From the NCBI RefSeq assembly GCF_006345805.1, contig NC_042998.1, positions 59,520,001 through 59,584,000 on the forward strand: a stretch of DNA of 64,000 nucleotides, in the 5' to 3' direction. Source of the DNA: Octopus sinensis (taxonomy: Eukaryota). The notes under the pieces are model-generated. The model was not told the origin of the DNA. It ran no database searches and was given only the letters and a program-made list of their open reading frames with translations. Each line of letters opens with the position of its first letter. The first letter of the stretch is position 1. The translations under genes were made by a program, and so were the position numbers. Positions 50,410-63,470 of the stretch are shown one piece after another.

Positions 50410-51120
50410 ATTTTGACCCGTGCTTCGCTCGGGGTTTGGTGGTGGTGTTGTTTTGTGCGTGTTGTCTCCTTTTCCCTTTCTTCTTTTGTTCGTCTTCTTT
50501 GCCTAGTTCTTTTTATTGACCCCTTCTTATTCTTTTTCTTATTTAAAAAAATTTTCTTTGTCTTTATCTTCCTTTTCCTCCTTTCTCTTCTTCAACTCTT
50601 TCTTTTCTTCTTCTCATCATCTCAATGGCTGATGGCATCGCAGCGCGACGCTAATGACCGCCCCAAAAGACCCACGTGTACCTGCGATTAGAAAGAAGCC
50701 TTATGTAGCCTTATCTTCAACCCCCAAACAATTGAGTCTTAAGCGGAGAAAAAAATCGATAACCCAAGCAAGCTTCGCGCGGCCAAATCGACAAAATAAT
50801 TGCACTTCTACGCGTGCACGTAAAATCACAAAAATAATTCAACATTACTTATGTTTTCTGGTATATTTTGACGGTTCATGATGCAAATGAAAGCTAAACT
50901 TTTGGTCTTTAACACAATGCCATTTTTACCCATGTCAACCAAATAATGCAAACAGAAAAAATTAAATCTAAAAATAGAGCAAAAATGTACTCTTTTTAAA
51001 AGTTGAAAAATTTCACCCCCTTTCCAACCCCCCAACCCCAATTTTTACACCCGCAATTAAAGATAACCGCTCTATCCCCAGCAGGGGATATAGGAAGAAG
51101 TTTTGGACGTCATCGGAATC
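50410..51120 (+). mobile_element. Possible Helentron-associated non-autonomous element
   Basis: 5' GACCCG-TGCTTCGCT-CGGG palindrome (50417-50433) and downstream AAAATTTCACCCCCTTTCC, both reminiscent of HINE/DINE-type elements. The 3' end was not found. Confidence 0.3.
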
Positions 51121-51130
51121 TGTTAATGCA

Positions 51131-51696
51131 TTGGGTTCTCCGGAAAGTTCGTGCCGATTTTTAAAGGAAAGAAAAAGGTCAACAAGTACTTGCCATTGCA
51201 TTTTTAATCAACCAAATATGAACCATTTTGTTGCACAATGCGTCTCTATCTTTCCTTTGATTTGAAAATACCCTCTTCCCAGAATTGAAGTAGTTTCATG
51301 GCAAAGAATTCATCAAGGTATCTTTTTACATCATCCAAGGAATTGAAATTTTTACCATTAAGACTATTCTGCAGAGACCTGAATAAGTGGAAAACCGAAG
51401 GGGCAATATCTGGTGAATATGGAGGGTCTGGGTAACACTTCCCAGCTGAGCTGCAGCAATTTTTGTCTGGTTCCCAAAGCATCAAGTGACGAAAATGAAC
51501 TTTCTTATCTTCCATTTTAAAGGGTTACAGAATTAACACAGGTTATATGAACATAAACCTTCTTCCACGAAAAGATAGATTAAACTGTGCTCTAAATGGA
51601 GGTTAGTCAAATCCTATTTTATGGACTCAACTATGTTCTAAAATAAGTCGAAAGGTAAAGTACTATACATCGGCACGAACTTTCCGCACAACCCAA
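51131..51696 (-). mobile_element. Internally deleted mariner with both TIRs
   Basis: TIRs TTGGGTTCTCCGGAAAGTTCGTGCCGAT and ATCGGCACGAACTTTCCGCACAACCCAA+TA. ORF 51515-51246 joins MEDKKVHFRHLMLWE to PPYSPDIAPS.FHLFRSLQNSL and continues ER*RRIVQQNGSYLVD*. Confidence 0.9.
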
Positions 51697-51789
51697 TATA
51701 TCCACAACATTCCTAATGAACTTCATTCGCCTGCTCTATTCTATTGCTTTGTTGGTGAGAGGCTATTACATATCCTTTCTACTAAAGCT

Positions 51790-51985
51790 CTAAGGTCACA
51801 AAATTAGCGAGTGGGAGTAGTCAATTACATGGACCCCACTGCTCGACTTGTAATTATTTTATCGATCTCGAGGGATGGAAAGCAAAGTCGACCGCAGCGG
51901 AATCTGAACACAAGAGGTAAAGATGGATGAAATGCTGCTAAACATTTACCCCCGGCGTGGTAACGACTTTGCAGCTCACCACCTC
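51790..51985 (-). mobile_element. Family B SINE
   Basis: TTATCGATCTCGAGGGATGGAAAGCAAAGTCGACCGCAGCGGAATCTGAAC. Confidence 0.75.
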
Positions 51986-52029
51986 AGAGAAGCTGCTACA
52001 TATGTTCATGTAATGTGTTCCTTGCTTCA

Positions 52030-52380
52030 GTCATTGGATTGCAGCTCTGTTGAGCACTATCTTGTAAGGTTAGTCGAACAAATTGACCTCAGCAGTTTAT
52101 TATTTGATTCTTGTAAGTCTGATATTTATTATACCAGCCTCTTCCTCCACAGTTCTCAGTTACGTGCTGAAAACAAACCAACACCGATTGTCAAGCGGTG
52201 TAAGAAGAACCATAACACAAAAAACATAAACACATGCACAACAAGCTTCCACATGCTTTCTGTCTGCCAAATTCATTCATAAGGCATTGGTTGGTTGGTT
52301 GGTTGGTTGGTTGGTCTAGGGCTACAGTAGAAAACAACTGGTTAAGGTGCCCTCCATTGGGGCAGAATCCGAAATCTTGC
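52030..52380 (-). mobile_element. Diverged family A-like SINE
   Basis: Tail TTCAGTCATTGGATTGCAGC, body ACACCGATTGTCAAGCGGTG, head GGCTACAGTAGAA..AAGGTGCC. Confidence 0.55.
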
Positions 52381-53269
52381 GGTTGCAAAGCGAATACAAC
52401 TATATGGAAATCATGAACAGAATATTTTTTCTATACATAAATTAAGAGTTCTATACAATTTATAGGCTCGAAATGCATAAGTAGTCATGCAGTGTATAGG
52501 AACACAATAAAACTGAAAATCATAAAACAATAACTAACCAAAGGAGCAGCGTTAAAATCTCATCTTATGTGGGCGATGCAAATGAGAACAAAACGATACA
52601 ATAACGTTAGCCAAGCACTTAAAAAGCCTGAATTAAGTCACGAGTAGATAACTTGAAGATACGCTGCAAATCAGTTGTGAGAGAACGAATACAGATAATA
52701 GCCTTTACACAATTAACATCAATGTCTCGGTCTAACTTTGATCACATTAGGTTACTTCATTGAGTTGTATGAAAATACGGCTAAAACAAGTCAACAAATA
52801 CATTTAACGGTACATGGAACTGACATTTATTTGCATGTTTAAATTAGAAGCTTAATGGAAAGATATCAGACGTAGACATAACGTTATTGAAAGGAAGAAC
52901 GTTGTTGTTGCTGTTGTCACCATTCTTTATCAATTGGCCACTGGATGAACGTATCAGCTGACATCTACCGTTGCTAGTTTTTCTTTTCGATCTATTGGTT
53001 GATGTTGACAATTGACAGCGGTCCAGTATTTGTTAAACTTGTCACGCCATCTTTTCACGGATTTTTCTTTCCTTGTTTTTTCTTCATTACAAAAGAAAGA
53101 AAAGAGAGAATACGTAAATACAAATGAGAAAGAAGACAAAACACATATTAAAAATACAAACAATGAAAGTGGAAGCATGAAAACAATAATGTTTGAGAGC
53201 CTGAAAGTCGAGCATGAAATCGAAACTAATCACAAGATAAACCAAAGCACGAAAGATTTCTATAAATAA

Positions 53270-54870
53270 TTCGTGGTGTATAAGTGCAATGGCATTCTAA
53301 GGGAAAATCTGTACATCGATCAAACACAAATGGGTGGTCATTTCCAGAGGAATTTCGGGTCGGTGCCCATTTACAATTTCCAGAAATACCGGAGCCAGCA
53401 CTGCTAGCGAGGAACATTGCTCATTCAGGATAAGCTTCACATGCACGGCAGTATCGTCAGCCGTGCCTGCGGAAGATGTACCCAGAGGAGAAAAACTTCC
53501 CGCACACATTCATACAGTTCCTGACCATTGCTGACTCTTGTGAAATTATTTCAAACACCTTCTATCACCTGTAGGACGAACCAGGTAATCAGCTGTCTCC
53601 ATCCTGAAGACAGCTTCGATATGTCCTTTGACCGAAAGTGGGGATAATTCTCCTCTATCCGGCGACTATGGCAAAAGAGGTTATGTGTGGAAGCGACTGA
53701 ACGGACTAAAGATAGACACATATTTTATACCCGAGCCATCATCAACTTTTCAAGTTCCAACCGGAAAGGAAATTGATGAGAAAGGGAATTTACTTCTCAA
53801 CCTACCATTATATCCGTAAAAGATGGATGAATGTAGCATCTCCACAAGTGGACCATGTTCGAGCACACGACGAATGAGTGCAGAACGTTTTCTTCCCTCT
53901 ACAAGCACCTTAGACATACTCGGCTGACTATACCACCATGACTGTATAGTTTGTCCCCCAAATGACAATATCTCGTGTCAGCACTGCCGAGTTGGAGATT
54001 TCTGGATGTGCTACGGCTCTAAAGTCCTCCAAAACATAAACCAGTCAGTTGAACGTCATCGACCGTCATCGCTTTTTCCGCTACTAAACTTCTTAAGAAG
54101 ACCAACATAGAATTTTACCAGTGGTAGAAATTTGCTAGAGCTTGATATTCCAGATGTTAGGTACCTTATCTCGGTCTCTTAGTGCCACATAACTGCAGTG
54201 CTGACAGAGCGACGAACAATGGGAAAGCTCTTTAGACAAAAGGCGATGCAAACTGTTCACGTTCAAGGAATTACTGGATGTGTTTCAGCCTCTGAACTTA
54301 CTATCATCTACGGAATGTCCACACGGCAATGCAGCGGCTTTTGACAACAAGAGGAATATCAAACCACTGAAGTGCATCCCGTCCACAAGAGTCAGAATAG
54401 CAGGCGCTCCAAAATAGCCAGACATGAACTGGATGGATTGAGGCAAATCATGACGGTTAGGCGATAATACATGACGCAAGTAATGCAGACTTTGACTATT
54501 TGTGCCCGATCTGTCAAGGATAGCTTTTCCTTGGCCCATTTCCGAATGAGACGGGTCACCCTGCTTCTCCCAACCTTCCATGCCTTCTCCACCTGAACCA
54601 AACTTACTCCCAGCCATCTCACAATTCGACCACAGAGCGCTCCATGAAATCGTTTGACGGCACAGACTTCCTGCGTCTCCAGATGCCGAGTCGGGTGCCC
54701 ACAGACTCTTTGTGGTTGTGTTACGTTTCTGTCACTGCCTCTTAATTCCTTTGAGCGATATGGTCCTCTGTTTGTGTGTTTTGTGTCCATTATTTCACGT
54801 TGATACTGCCGCATACTCCTCGGGTAAAGTGATGATTAAGTTCTTGTCAATGCAATTTTTCCACAGCCCG
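53270..54870 (-). mobile_element. Tx1/L1-like ORF2 3' part (RT end to CCHC zinc finger), degraded
   Basis: Minus-strand WLGV..KWAKEKLSLTDRAQIVKVCITCVMYYRLTV..LERLLF, CCQKPL, and GDKLYSHGGIVSRVCLRCL*REENVLHSFVVC (zf-RVT-like). Confidence 0.75.
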
Positions 54871-55469
54871 TATTGCTCTCTTCAACATTCATATTAAGTA
54901 TTGCAATACTGAGAAGCTTGGCCAGATGTAACTTCATGCATTGACAACATTTCTTAAATTTGTGCGTGTTTGTGTGTGTGTGCATGCGCGCGAGCGTGTG
55001 TGTTCGTGTGGTTGTTTGATTGCGTGTGTGTCCATGCAGTTGTTATTTGTGTCGCCCCGAGGAAAGTCGCAGAAAAATTATTCCTTCTCTGTGAAAAGAC
55101 ATAAATTTCCATTTATATAATTAGGGAGCATCTGGTAGATCAGGCTTGATATTTTAGTGCTTCTCAATATTCAGAATCAATATTTTCATTTTATTTAGCG
55201 TTACACTTTTGCTCTAAGCTATTGCAAATGAAGTTTAGCAAAGCCCAACAAATGTTGAAAACATGTGTTTATTTATTTGTTTGTTTGCTAAAACCAATGA
55301 AATAAAACCTGTTTTGTGAAAACATTCTAAAGAACATAAAGCATTGCATAAAAAAATTACCCGGAAAAATCGTGGAACGACCTACAATCCAAACAGAGAC
55401 AAGAAACATATTTGTACACACTGACAAAAACAACAATGGTAAAGGTTTCAAATTTTGGAATCATTGCCA

Positions 55470-55625
55470 CCAACGTCATGTTGAAGGGAAAGATTATATT
55501 GACCTCTGTGCGCAGACTGGTATTTATTTTATCGACTTCCAAATGATGGAAGCGAAAGAAGACTTCGGCGGAATATGAACTCCAATTAAAGAACCGGAAA
55601 AAATGCCGCTAAGCACTACGTTCGG
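55470..55625 (-). mobile_element. Family B SINE fragment
   Basis: GATTATATTGACC..TTTTATCGAC..AAGACTTCGGCGGAATATGAAC. Confidence 0.7.
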
Positions 55626-55639
55626 GATGCTTCCTCGAG

Positions 55640-56390
55640 GAGAGAGGATTTGGAGCAGTCTTGGAGGACCTGAAACAGTGTATCATAGCAATGGCAAATA
55701 AGCTTTCCAGATGTCAGAAAAGAATAGATCACTATCAACAGCACATATTTTTTGAAACAGCAGAAAAGATTTTATCGCCATATAAATTGTGTAGAAAGTA
55801 CTGAAGATAAACCAAATGAAAAAGCAGCTAGAAATTTCTGGAGTAATGTTTGGGATATTTGGGATGCAGCATAGTTAAACAAAGTGTAGGAAGAAGTAGT
55901 TTGTAAGAAGCAGCCAGATCTAAAACTAATTAGTGCATTAATAAGTAAAGTGTTAGGAAGATTACCGAATTGGAAGGGCCCAAAATCAGATTTAGTTCAA
56001 CGGTATTGACTACAGAAATTTAGAAACTTACATGGGATACCGAGGGATAGATGACTAGTTGCATGACTAGAGAATAGTACTATTTATAAAAAAAAAGAAA
56101 GCGCAATATAGCTACTGATTATAGACCAATCACTTGCTTGACTTTAGTTTGGAAGCTGTTAACATGAATGCTCTCAGAAAGCATTTCTGAAGCATTTTGA
56201 CAGCGATAATTTACCTCCAGAAAAGAAAGGTCGCTGGAAGAAGGCTAGATGAACGCATGACTTATGCATAGACGAGCAGTTCCAAAATAAGTGAAACCTA
56301 AAAAAATAAATAAAATAACAATAATATGGATAGATTATAAGAAGGCATATGACATGATTCCACACTCATGGATAAGTGAATGTTTGAGTA
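55640..56390 (+). mobile_element. R4/Dong-type LINE pre-RT and early RT fragment
   Basis: FWSNVW, LPNWKGP, DYRPITCL..VWKLL and WIDYKKAYDMIPHSWISECL. Confidence 0.8.
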
Positions 56391-58072
56391 TATGCACTGA
56401 CTCACAATATGTGAGATTGTTTCGTTTCTGCTGCAACGGTTAAGAAAAGGTGGTACCTTATCAAGAACAGCCCTTATGTGATAAAAGCTGGACCTAAGTT
56501 AACAAAATGGAAAATAATCATACAGAGAAGCATTGTAAAGCAACAGTCTCGTATGCTTTAATGATTTTGACAGCTACAATAACAAATAAAACAAAAAAAA
56601 TTTGCCACAAATAATGTAGAAACAAATCAACAATAACACCTACAGCATGTTATCTTAAATAGCACAGAATCCATCATAAGAAAACCTCCCGACACTGCTA
56701 TAAACAATGCAAACTAGCAGTCTTCTTCTCCATTTTCTTTTTAAAATATAAGGTGTACTAAAGAGCCAACAGGAAAACAAATCATAAGCTTATGGGAGCA
56801 AATTTGAGACTGTGAATAGATTACCATCGGGAAAATACTAAAGGTTAAGATATTTCTGAACAAAGCCGTAGTGAAAAAATATAATAGAACTCCATATCAA
56901 TGATCGTTCGCCAGAAGGCTTTAAATATTGAATCGCATTTACAGTACCGCCAATAACACAGTTTTATATTCGGTAAACTATTTTATAAATCCTAACAAAA
57001 ATATGAATTCTAAGAACTTAACATCTCTCCACTCTTTGTCTAACACAAATACTGTCACCCAGCATACTAACTCAGATAATTACAGCATGATATTAACTAT
57101 TTCTTTATGCATTTATTTATGTGCGATTTCATTAGTACACCACAAATGAAAACTAGGATAATAACTGGAAACCCAGTTTTTGCACACATTTAATGCATTC
57201 AGTTCAGAAGTTGGGATGAAATGTATAAGAAGAAATACTCAAAACAACTTTGACAAAGTTAATTTGCGTATTTCGAAAGAGAGAAATATTTTATGAGACT
57301 CACAAACATAACAGTTAAAGAAACACAAATAAGAGAATTAAGCTAAAAATACACCAATAATTAAACATTAATGTAGCAAAATAAGTAAAACTCACCAAAA
57401 TGAAAGCACAGTTTAGGAAATAATATTACAAAGACACTAGTTTAATATCAAAACTGAAGTCAATTGTTAATGAGTTGTTAAAACCGAGGATATTCCAGTT
57501 AATACAATTATAATATTCTCAAGGGAAATTTAGGGAAATCGATCAATCTATTTATGAGAACGGGACAAATAATTACTGCATTAAATACACAACGCAAAAA
57601 TTAACTTAGAATATTATGTTAAACAAAATAATTAAATTATAAAAGTATTGTGTTTGGAGAAATATTGTAAATATCAGTTCTAGACGTCAGAATGTCAGAT
57701 TGAGTAGAGGGTCGTTACAATTCTTGGTGGTATATGTCCCGCTTCACTGTATTCGGAAATCAAATCCACTGAATTTCCTATCCAACATTTCGAGATCGAT
57801 AAAATATAGTATCGGTTAATGACAGATAACTGGCAGAACTTTTAGATTGACTGAAAAGATGTCTCGTGATAGTAGTTTAGGCTCTTTGCGTTCTGAGTTC
57901 ATGAATATTAGACTTACAATCGTGACCAAAAGTTCGGAACATATTAAAAATGAAAATTGTTATGCCCAATGTCCATTCGATTCAAATGTATACAACGCAT
58001 ATATTTGAGCATTTAATATAAAAGTTCTCATTTTCATACTTATGTTTCAAACTTTTGGCCACGATGCAACAC

Positions 58073-58204
58073 TATATAATCCTCAATAGCTGATATTCGG
58101 GTGCTTTTTATGCCACCATATATAATCCTCAACAGCTGATATTTGGGTGCCTTTTATGCAACCCTGTATAATCCTCAATAGCTGATATTTGGGTGCCTTT
58201 TATG
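58073..58204. repeat. 46-bp minisatellite, ~3 copies
   Basis: TATAATCCTCAAYAGCTGATATTYGGGTGC at 58075, 58121 and 58167. Confidence 0.9.
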
Positions 58205-59080
58205 AAGTTTGTTTTCTTGCATACTTTTGAATCGTGTCCTCTCTTTGAGGATACCTATCTTCTAGCGGTCTCCGAAATGCTAACAAAAAATTATCATGAC
58301 CGCTGCCCTTCTGCACAGTGGCTAGACTATAAAAAATACAAGACTATAAAATATCATGCGAAGAAGAACATAAAAATAATGCAAGTAACAAGAAAACATC
58401 CACAGATACAAAAAAGTTTTAGCCAGTTGTTATATGAAGTAGGAAAAAGTGACAAATAGCTGCATGTAATTAATGACAGTAAGGATTGAATCCGATAGCC
58501 AATGGCTCAGCAAGCAATAATGAGATTTCAGTCTTAGATATAAAAGGACGCAGAAAAACACATGTGTATTCCTCACTGGCATTGGCTGGAGGAAGTTGTG
58601 GATTATATTGGCTCCAATAATTTAGATTATTTGATCGACATAAGAATAACAGAAAGTATTGCTGTGAGTTATATACAAGCTGTTGCATGTTTAGTGTTTC
58701 TTCTATGGAAAGTGTTGCTTTGACCTCCTTGGTTCCATGGGCTCGGCGATTTCTCACCAAAAGTTGTTTACCACATTCAGTGAATCGTATTCGTCCTTCC
58801 TAGATATCTTACGGAGAGATAGTGTGTTTCATGCGCAAATGTTATTGTTTCTTAATATGAAAATTCTAGTTATAAAAGAGAAATATATTATCTATCTCCC
58901 TTTCCTCTCACCTCCACCCTTCTCTCAACCAATTGTTTTCATGTAGAATGATATTTTGATCTCTTTAAATGCAGGTATCTATCAGTAGTTACAATCTATG
59001 AGAGATCTATGTGTTACCTTGATCACTGAGTTTGATACCGTAATATCATCGATATGTATATGTATATGTACATATACATA

Positions 59081-60708
59081 CACTGGCGAAAATAAATTTA
59101 AGACCGATGATAAAAAATCTATTTGTTACCATATTTTTTATTACTAACTCCATACAAATTATTTCTATCTTTTACACCTTATGCAGAATTTATTTCTCTT
59201 TTGTGGGATGCAGACAATAACTATTTTTATACAACTTGAAGAATTCGAATGCTAAATTAATATAAACGTTTCAAATTTACCGGCAAATTAGTTTAAGATC
59301 ATGTAATATGTACGCAAATTTGTTTGCCAAAATGGATGGTCACACAACTAGACTAAGCGCACTATATAGTGTTATAATTTAACGTTATTATACAATTGAT
59401 TAATAATGGGAAAACAACGTAGCCTCAGTCCAATCACGAGAGCAAAAATCGTATTACTCCACCAGCAAAAAATTTCCTTTTCGAACATCAGCAAGCAACT
59501 AATGTGCAGTAAAATGGCTTGCATGCAAGCGTGGAAGTTATTCTCGGAGACTGGTCAATATGAAGATCGGCAAAGGACTGGCGCCCCAAGAAAAACAACG
59601 GTGTAGTTGGACAGTCGAATCCACCAACTTTCGAAAGGCAACCGAATGCTGAGAGCCGTTGACATTTGTAAACGAGAACGATGTTATTTTTACACCACAA
59701 ACTATCCGCAACCGTTTGAGAGAATTTGGAGAGCATGGATGAATCGCTAGGAAAAAGCCAATAATATACAAAAGAAATCGACTCAAACGCATTAATTTCG
59801 CAAAAAGCCATGCTCAATGGACTGCCGAAGATTGGTGCAGGGTCCTTTGGAGTGACGAATCACGCTTCTGTATATTTTGATCAGATGGTAAAACATACGT
59901 CAGACGTTGCCCAACCAAGGAATTCCATCCGAAATACATGAAAACGACGGCGCAAGCGGAGGAGGGACTGTGATAGTGTTGGTGGCATTTAGTAGCTTTA
60001 GTGTTGGCCCTCTAGTTAAAGTTGATGGAAAGCTAAATAGTGTAGGTTATATGTATATACTAAAGGATAATGTTGTGCCATATTTGACTCACCAAATGCC
60101 TCTGGAGGCTATTTATTAGCAAGACAATAGTCCTGTGCACAAAGCCAAAAAGGTTATGGAATTGTTTTGATCACCATAAAATTGACGTAATCGAATGGCC
60201 TCCCCAGAACCTGGGCCTGAATCCGATCGAGAACCTGTGGAATTATGTTTCCAAAAAAGTTCATGCTAAAAAAAAACATCTAATCTAAAACATTTATTCG
60301 ATTATATCAATGATATATAGCAAAACATTCCCATAGACTTTTGTAATCACTTAGCGAATTCAATGCCGAGGCGTTGTTCAGCCGATATTAAGAAAAAAGG
60401 CTACGGCACAAACTACTAATATGTATTTTGTTCTTGTTGCTCATTTTTTGCTACCATCTTAAGCTTTAAATAAAATTATAATGATACGGTGTTAAACTAA
60501 TTTTGCCGGTAAACTTGAAAAGTTTATATTAATTTAGCATTCGAATTCTTCAAGTTGTAAAAAAATAGTTATTGTCTGCATCGTTCGAAAGCGTAATAAA
60601 TTCTGCATAAGGTGTAAAAGATAAAAATAATTTGTATGGAGTTAGTAACAAAATATTTTGTAAGAAATAGAACTTTTATCATCGGTCTTAAATTTATTTT
60701 CGCCAGTA
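59081..60708 (+). mobile_element. Full-length Tc1-family DNA transposon with ~220-bp IR/DR-type TIRs
   Basis: TA|CACTGGCGAAAATAAATTTAAGACC ... GGTCTTAAATTTATTTTCGCCAGTA|TA. TIRs at 59081-59300 and ~60488-60708. Confidence 0.93.
59406..60419 (+). pseudogene. Tc1 DD34E transposase, disrupted
   Basis: MGKQRSLS..GAPRKT (HTH, GRPR-like), WSDES, QDNSPVH, WPPQNLGLNPIENLW with D-to-E spacing of 34, ending GYGTNY*. Several stops and frameshifts. Confidence 0.92.
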
Positions 60709-61849
60709 TATATTGTCTATTTTCAAGATCAATATTTGCTACATATATAATGAAACATCTATAATATTTTACAGAATTTTATTCTCATACTCTATTCTGA
60801 AAAAAATATAAACATATACGCCCTGCCAAAAAATGTATAACTCAATGAAAAAATAAGATACTAAATATGCTTACTCTATCAAATAATATAATATTACCGA
60901 ATATGGGGAAGTAATATAAATAGTACTAATGATGGCAGGATAACATAAATAACTTATTCATATTCAATACAATTCATTTCATATAAATCACTTGAAAATA
61001 ATAAAGAGTTTTTTCACTCTTATCCAGTTTTAATGTATATGGAATGCTCTAAAAAACATCTGGCATATTTCACATCCATGGTTGCAACCCATTAGTATGC
61101 CATAGCTTACTCACATACACGACATAATTTACGCTCCACAGTATATCATCAATCCCAAAGCAAATACAAAGCACAAATGTAAGCCAACGACCAATATAAC
61201 ACAATTCATATTGCATGAATGCTACATAGCGGGCGGTAAACGAAAAAATGTTAGAAATAATAAAGAAACACTTGAACAAATGAAATTTATTATCATATAC
61301 AAAGACAATTCTAAACTATCTACAGTATTGTAAATTCACACAATAGGAACATAATTGCATCTGAGTATTACTGTAGAAAACTGCATAAAAGCCTTTGAAA
61401 TTTTGTGATAATTAATATTAATAAAAATCTTGGAATCATACGTACTCACTATTTACAGAAAACAGAAAATATTATCATAACAATAGATGACATAAAATGA
61501 TTAAAACGTGCAAAGAAATACAGAGCCAAAAGATTAAAACTTAAAGATGTCCTATACAGAAACTGGAGCTACGAACTAGAACTGCAGAAAACATATTGCG
61601 TGGACTACATTCAATATGACAACGAAAACGACTACTAAAATCATATATATCGAAGAGATACAAAGCTGCATTCAAGTGTGCAGTGATAGCAAACAATACT
61701 ACTACTACTAAGAATAGGATTACTGAGAAACTAAATTAGTTCCAGATACTGAAGCAAGAAGTTTAGAACATAATAAATCATACAAATGGTTAAGTGGAAA
61801 GTTTCTTATCAGTCTCAGCATAAGAAAACAAGATATTGCTTTTGAAATC

Positions 61850-62010
61850 CAGCTATTTCGAGAGTGATGGTAAGTCGATTACTCCGACGCGAGTGCTGAG
61901 CTGGTACTTAAGTTATCGACACTGAAAGTAGTACTTATTTTATCGACCCCGAAAGAATGAAAGGCGGAATTAGGACGAAATCCACTGGGCATTTTGCCTG
62001 TGCTAATGAT
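61850..62010 (-). mobile_element. Family B SINE, rearranged
   Basis: GTAAGTCGATTACTCCGAC..TTTTATCGACCCCGAAAGAATGAAAGGC. Confidence 0.65.
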
Positions 62011-62399
62011 TCCTTGATGTTAAAAGTTGAGCTAAAAATGTATAAACACGCTAAGCATCCACGTTATCTTCGTTATCATTACCTAAGAGTTATTATCTTG
62101 AGTCCTAGGTTCCCCAATTGCCATGACATGTAAGCGACCAAGATCACGACATTCTAACAGAACCGGCACCAGTCCGTCGCAGGGTCACTCATTTACGGCC
62201 CAGTTGAATGGAGTGAATATGTAATTAGAGCAGGACGAGTTAGTGCTACTACGGTTAATGAGAGTGATGGTAAGTTTTGAAGAGAACTGCTTTACTTTGC
62301 TGTTTTAATTACCGACAGAAAATAAATATTGTGCTGTGTTGAGTCAGGTGTTACAGATGACTGATGTGAAGGTTTTGTAGGATATTGATAGACATATTA

Positions 62400-63470
62400 T
62401 TGGCCTATAATTTTGTGGTCGTAAGGTGAATTTGTTTCGGGGAATTAGGCTGGTTTGTCCTTCCTGCATCTAGTTTGGTGTTGATTCTGATTGGCTTATT
62501 AATATGGGTATGGGTACTGTTGAAGTGTTTCAACCAGAAGTTGTGGAGCTTGTCTATCCCTGGAGTTTTCCACTTGCTTGTACACCACAGTGTGTCCGTG
62601 ATTTCTTGGTATGTGGTGGTAGGCCATATTTGTAGTGCTATTTTGTTCTTCCTTTCTTTTTCCCTGATTATCAACAGAGCATCTTTGTTGTTTTATTATT
62701 TGCTACAAATTTTGTTCCCTGTATGACTGAATCGCTGATGTTGTAGGTACGTCATCTATTGATATTGTTTTATTCTACTTCTTTTTGTTTAACACTTTGC
62801 AAAAATCTCGTTTTTATTTTAAATTCTCTATTTTCTTGGAAGCAGCGCTCACGCCTTTCCTAGCGCTCTAAGCGGCAATTTCTTCTTGCTTCTTTTTTTG
62901 TAAGTATATGTGTTTTCTTTTAACTCTTCATTTTTTATGTTGTGTTGTTTTGTTATATGGGTATTTTTCATATTTGATCCCTCTTTCTCTTGTTCACAGA
63001 GCAGTGATAGGTCTTCCTTCCGTTATTTTAATTTTAATTATTATGCACTTTTTCCATACTAGGGTTTGAGCATTAGCTGTTATTTTTCTCATCTTCGTAA
63101 GTCGAGTTTCCCTGTATCCCACTGCAGCTGTTGAGAAGATCAAGTGTTATAGTTTGTTGATATCAAATATATCTTTTGATATGGTCATTATTTATTGTAG
63201 AATTCTTTTGTATCAAATTATTCTTTCATAGAGCTGTTTATTTATTGAGTTATTTTATTTTTGTAGCCTTGAGAGACGTTTACGCTGAATCATAGTTATC
63301 GCCTTTGAGATATTTACTGCTATATCTGTTATTTCTTAGTCGGTTCGTCCCATCCTCGGTTATATTTGGTCTGTTATAGTGCGTGTTATTTTGTTTGTTG
63401 TTGTTTTGTGTTTCAGTATTTGCCTGTCCATGTACGTTGTTGATTTGCTATGCTGTGCTATTTATTTCTG
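62400..63470 (-). mobile_element. R4/Dong-type LINE N-terminal to pre-RT fragment
   Basis: ORF 62674-62405: KWKTPGIDKLHNFWLKHF..GRT..PK, followed by NYRP. A-rich upstream region. Confidence 0.75.

Noticed and set aside
53297-53509. GTADDTAV looked like an RT YADD motif
   Set aside because: It lies downstream of the Tx1 zinc finger in a different frame. The real RT motif maps near 54820 (TATGCGGCAGTA, decayed).
58073-58204. Regularly spaced repeats suggesting CRISPR
   Set aside because: They are contiguous 46-bp units without unique spacers, in eukaryotic context with no cas genes.
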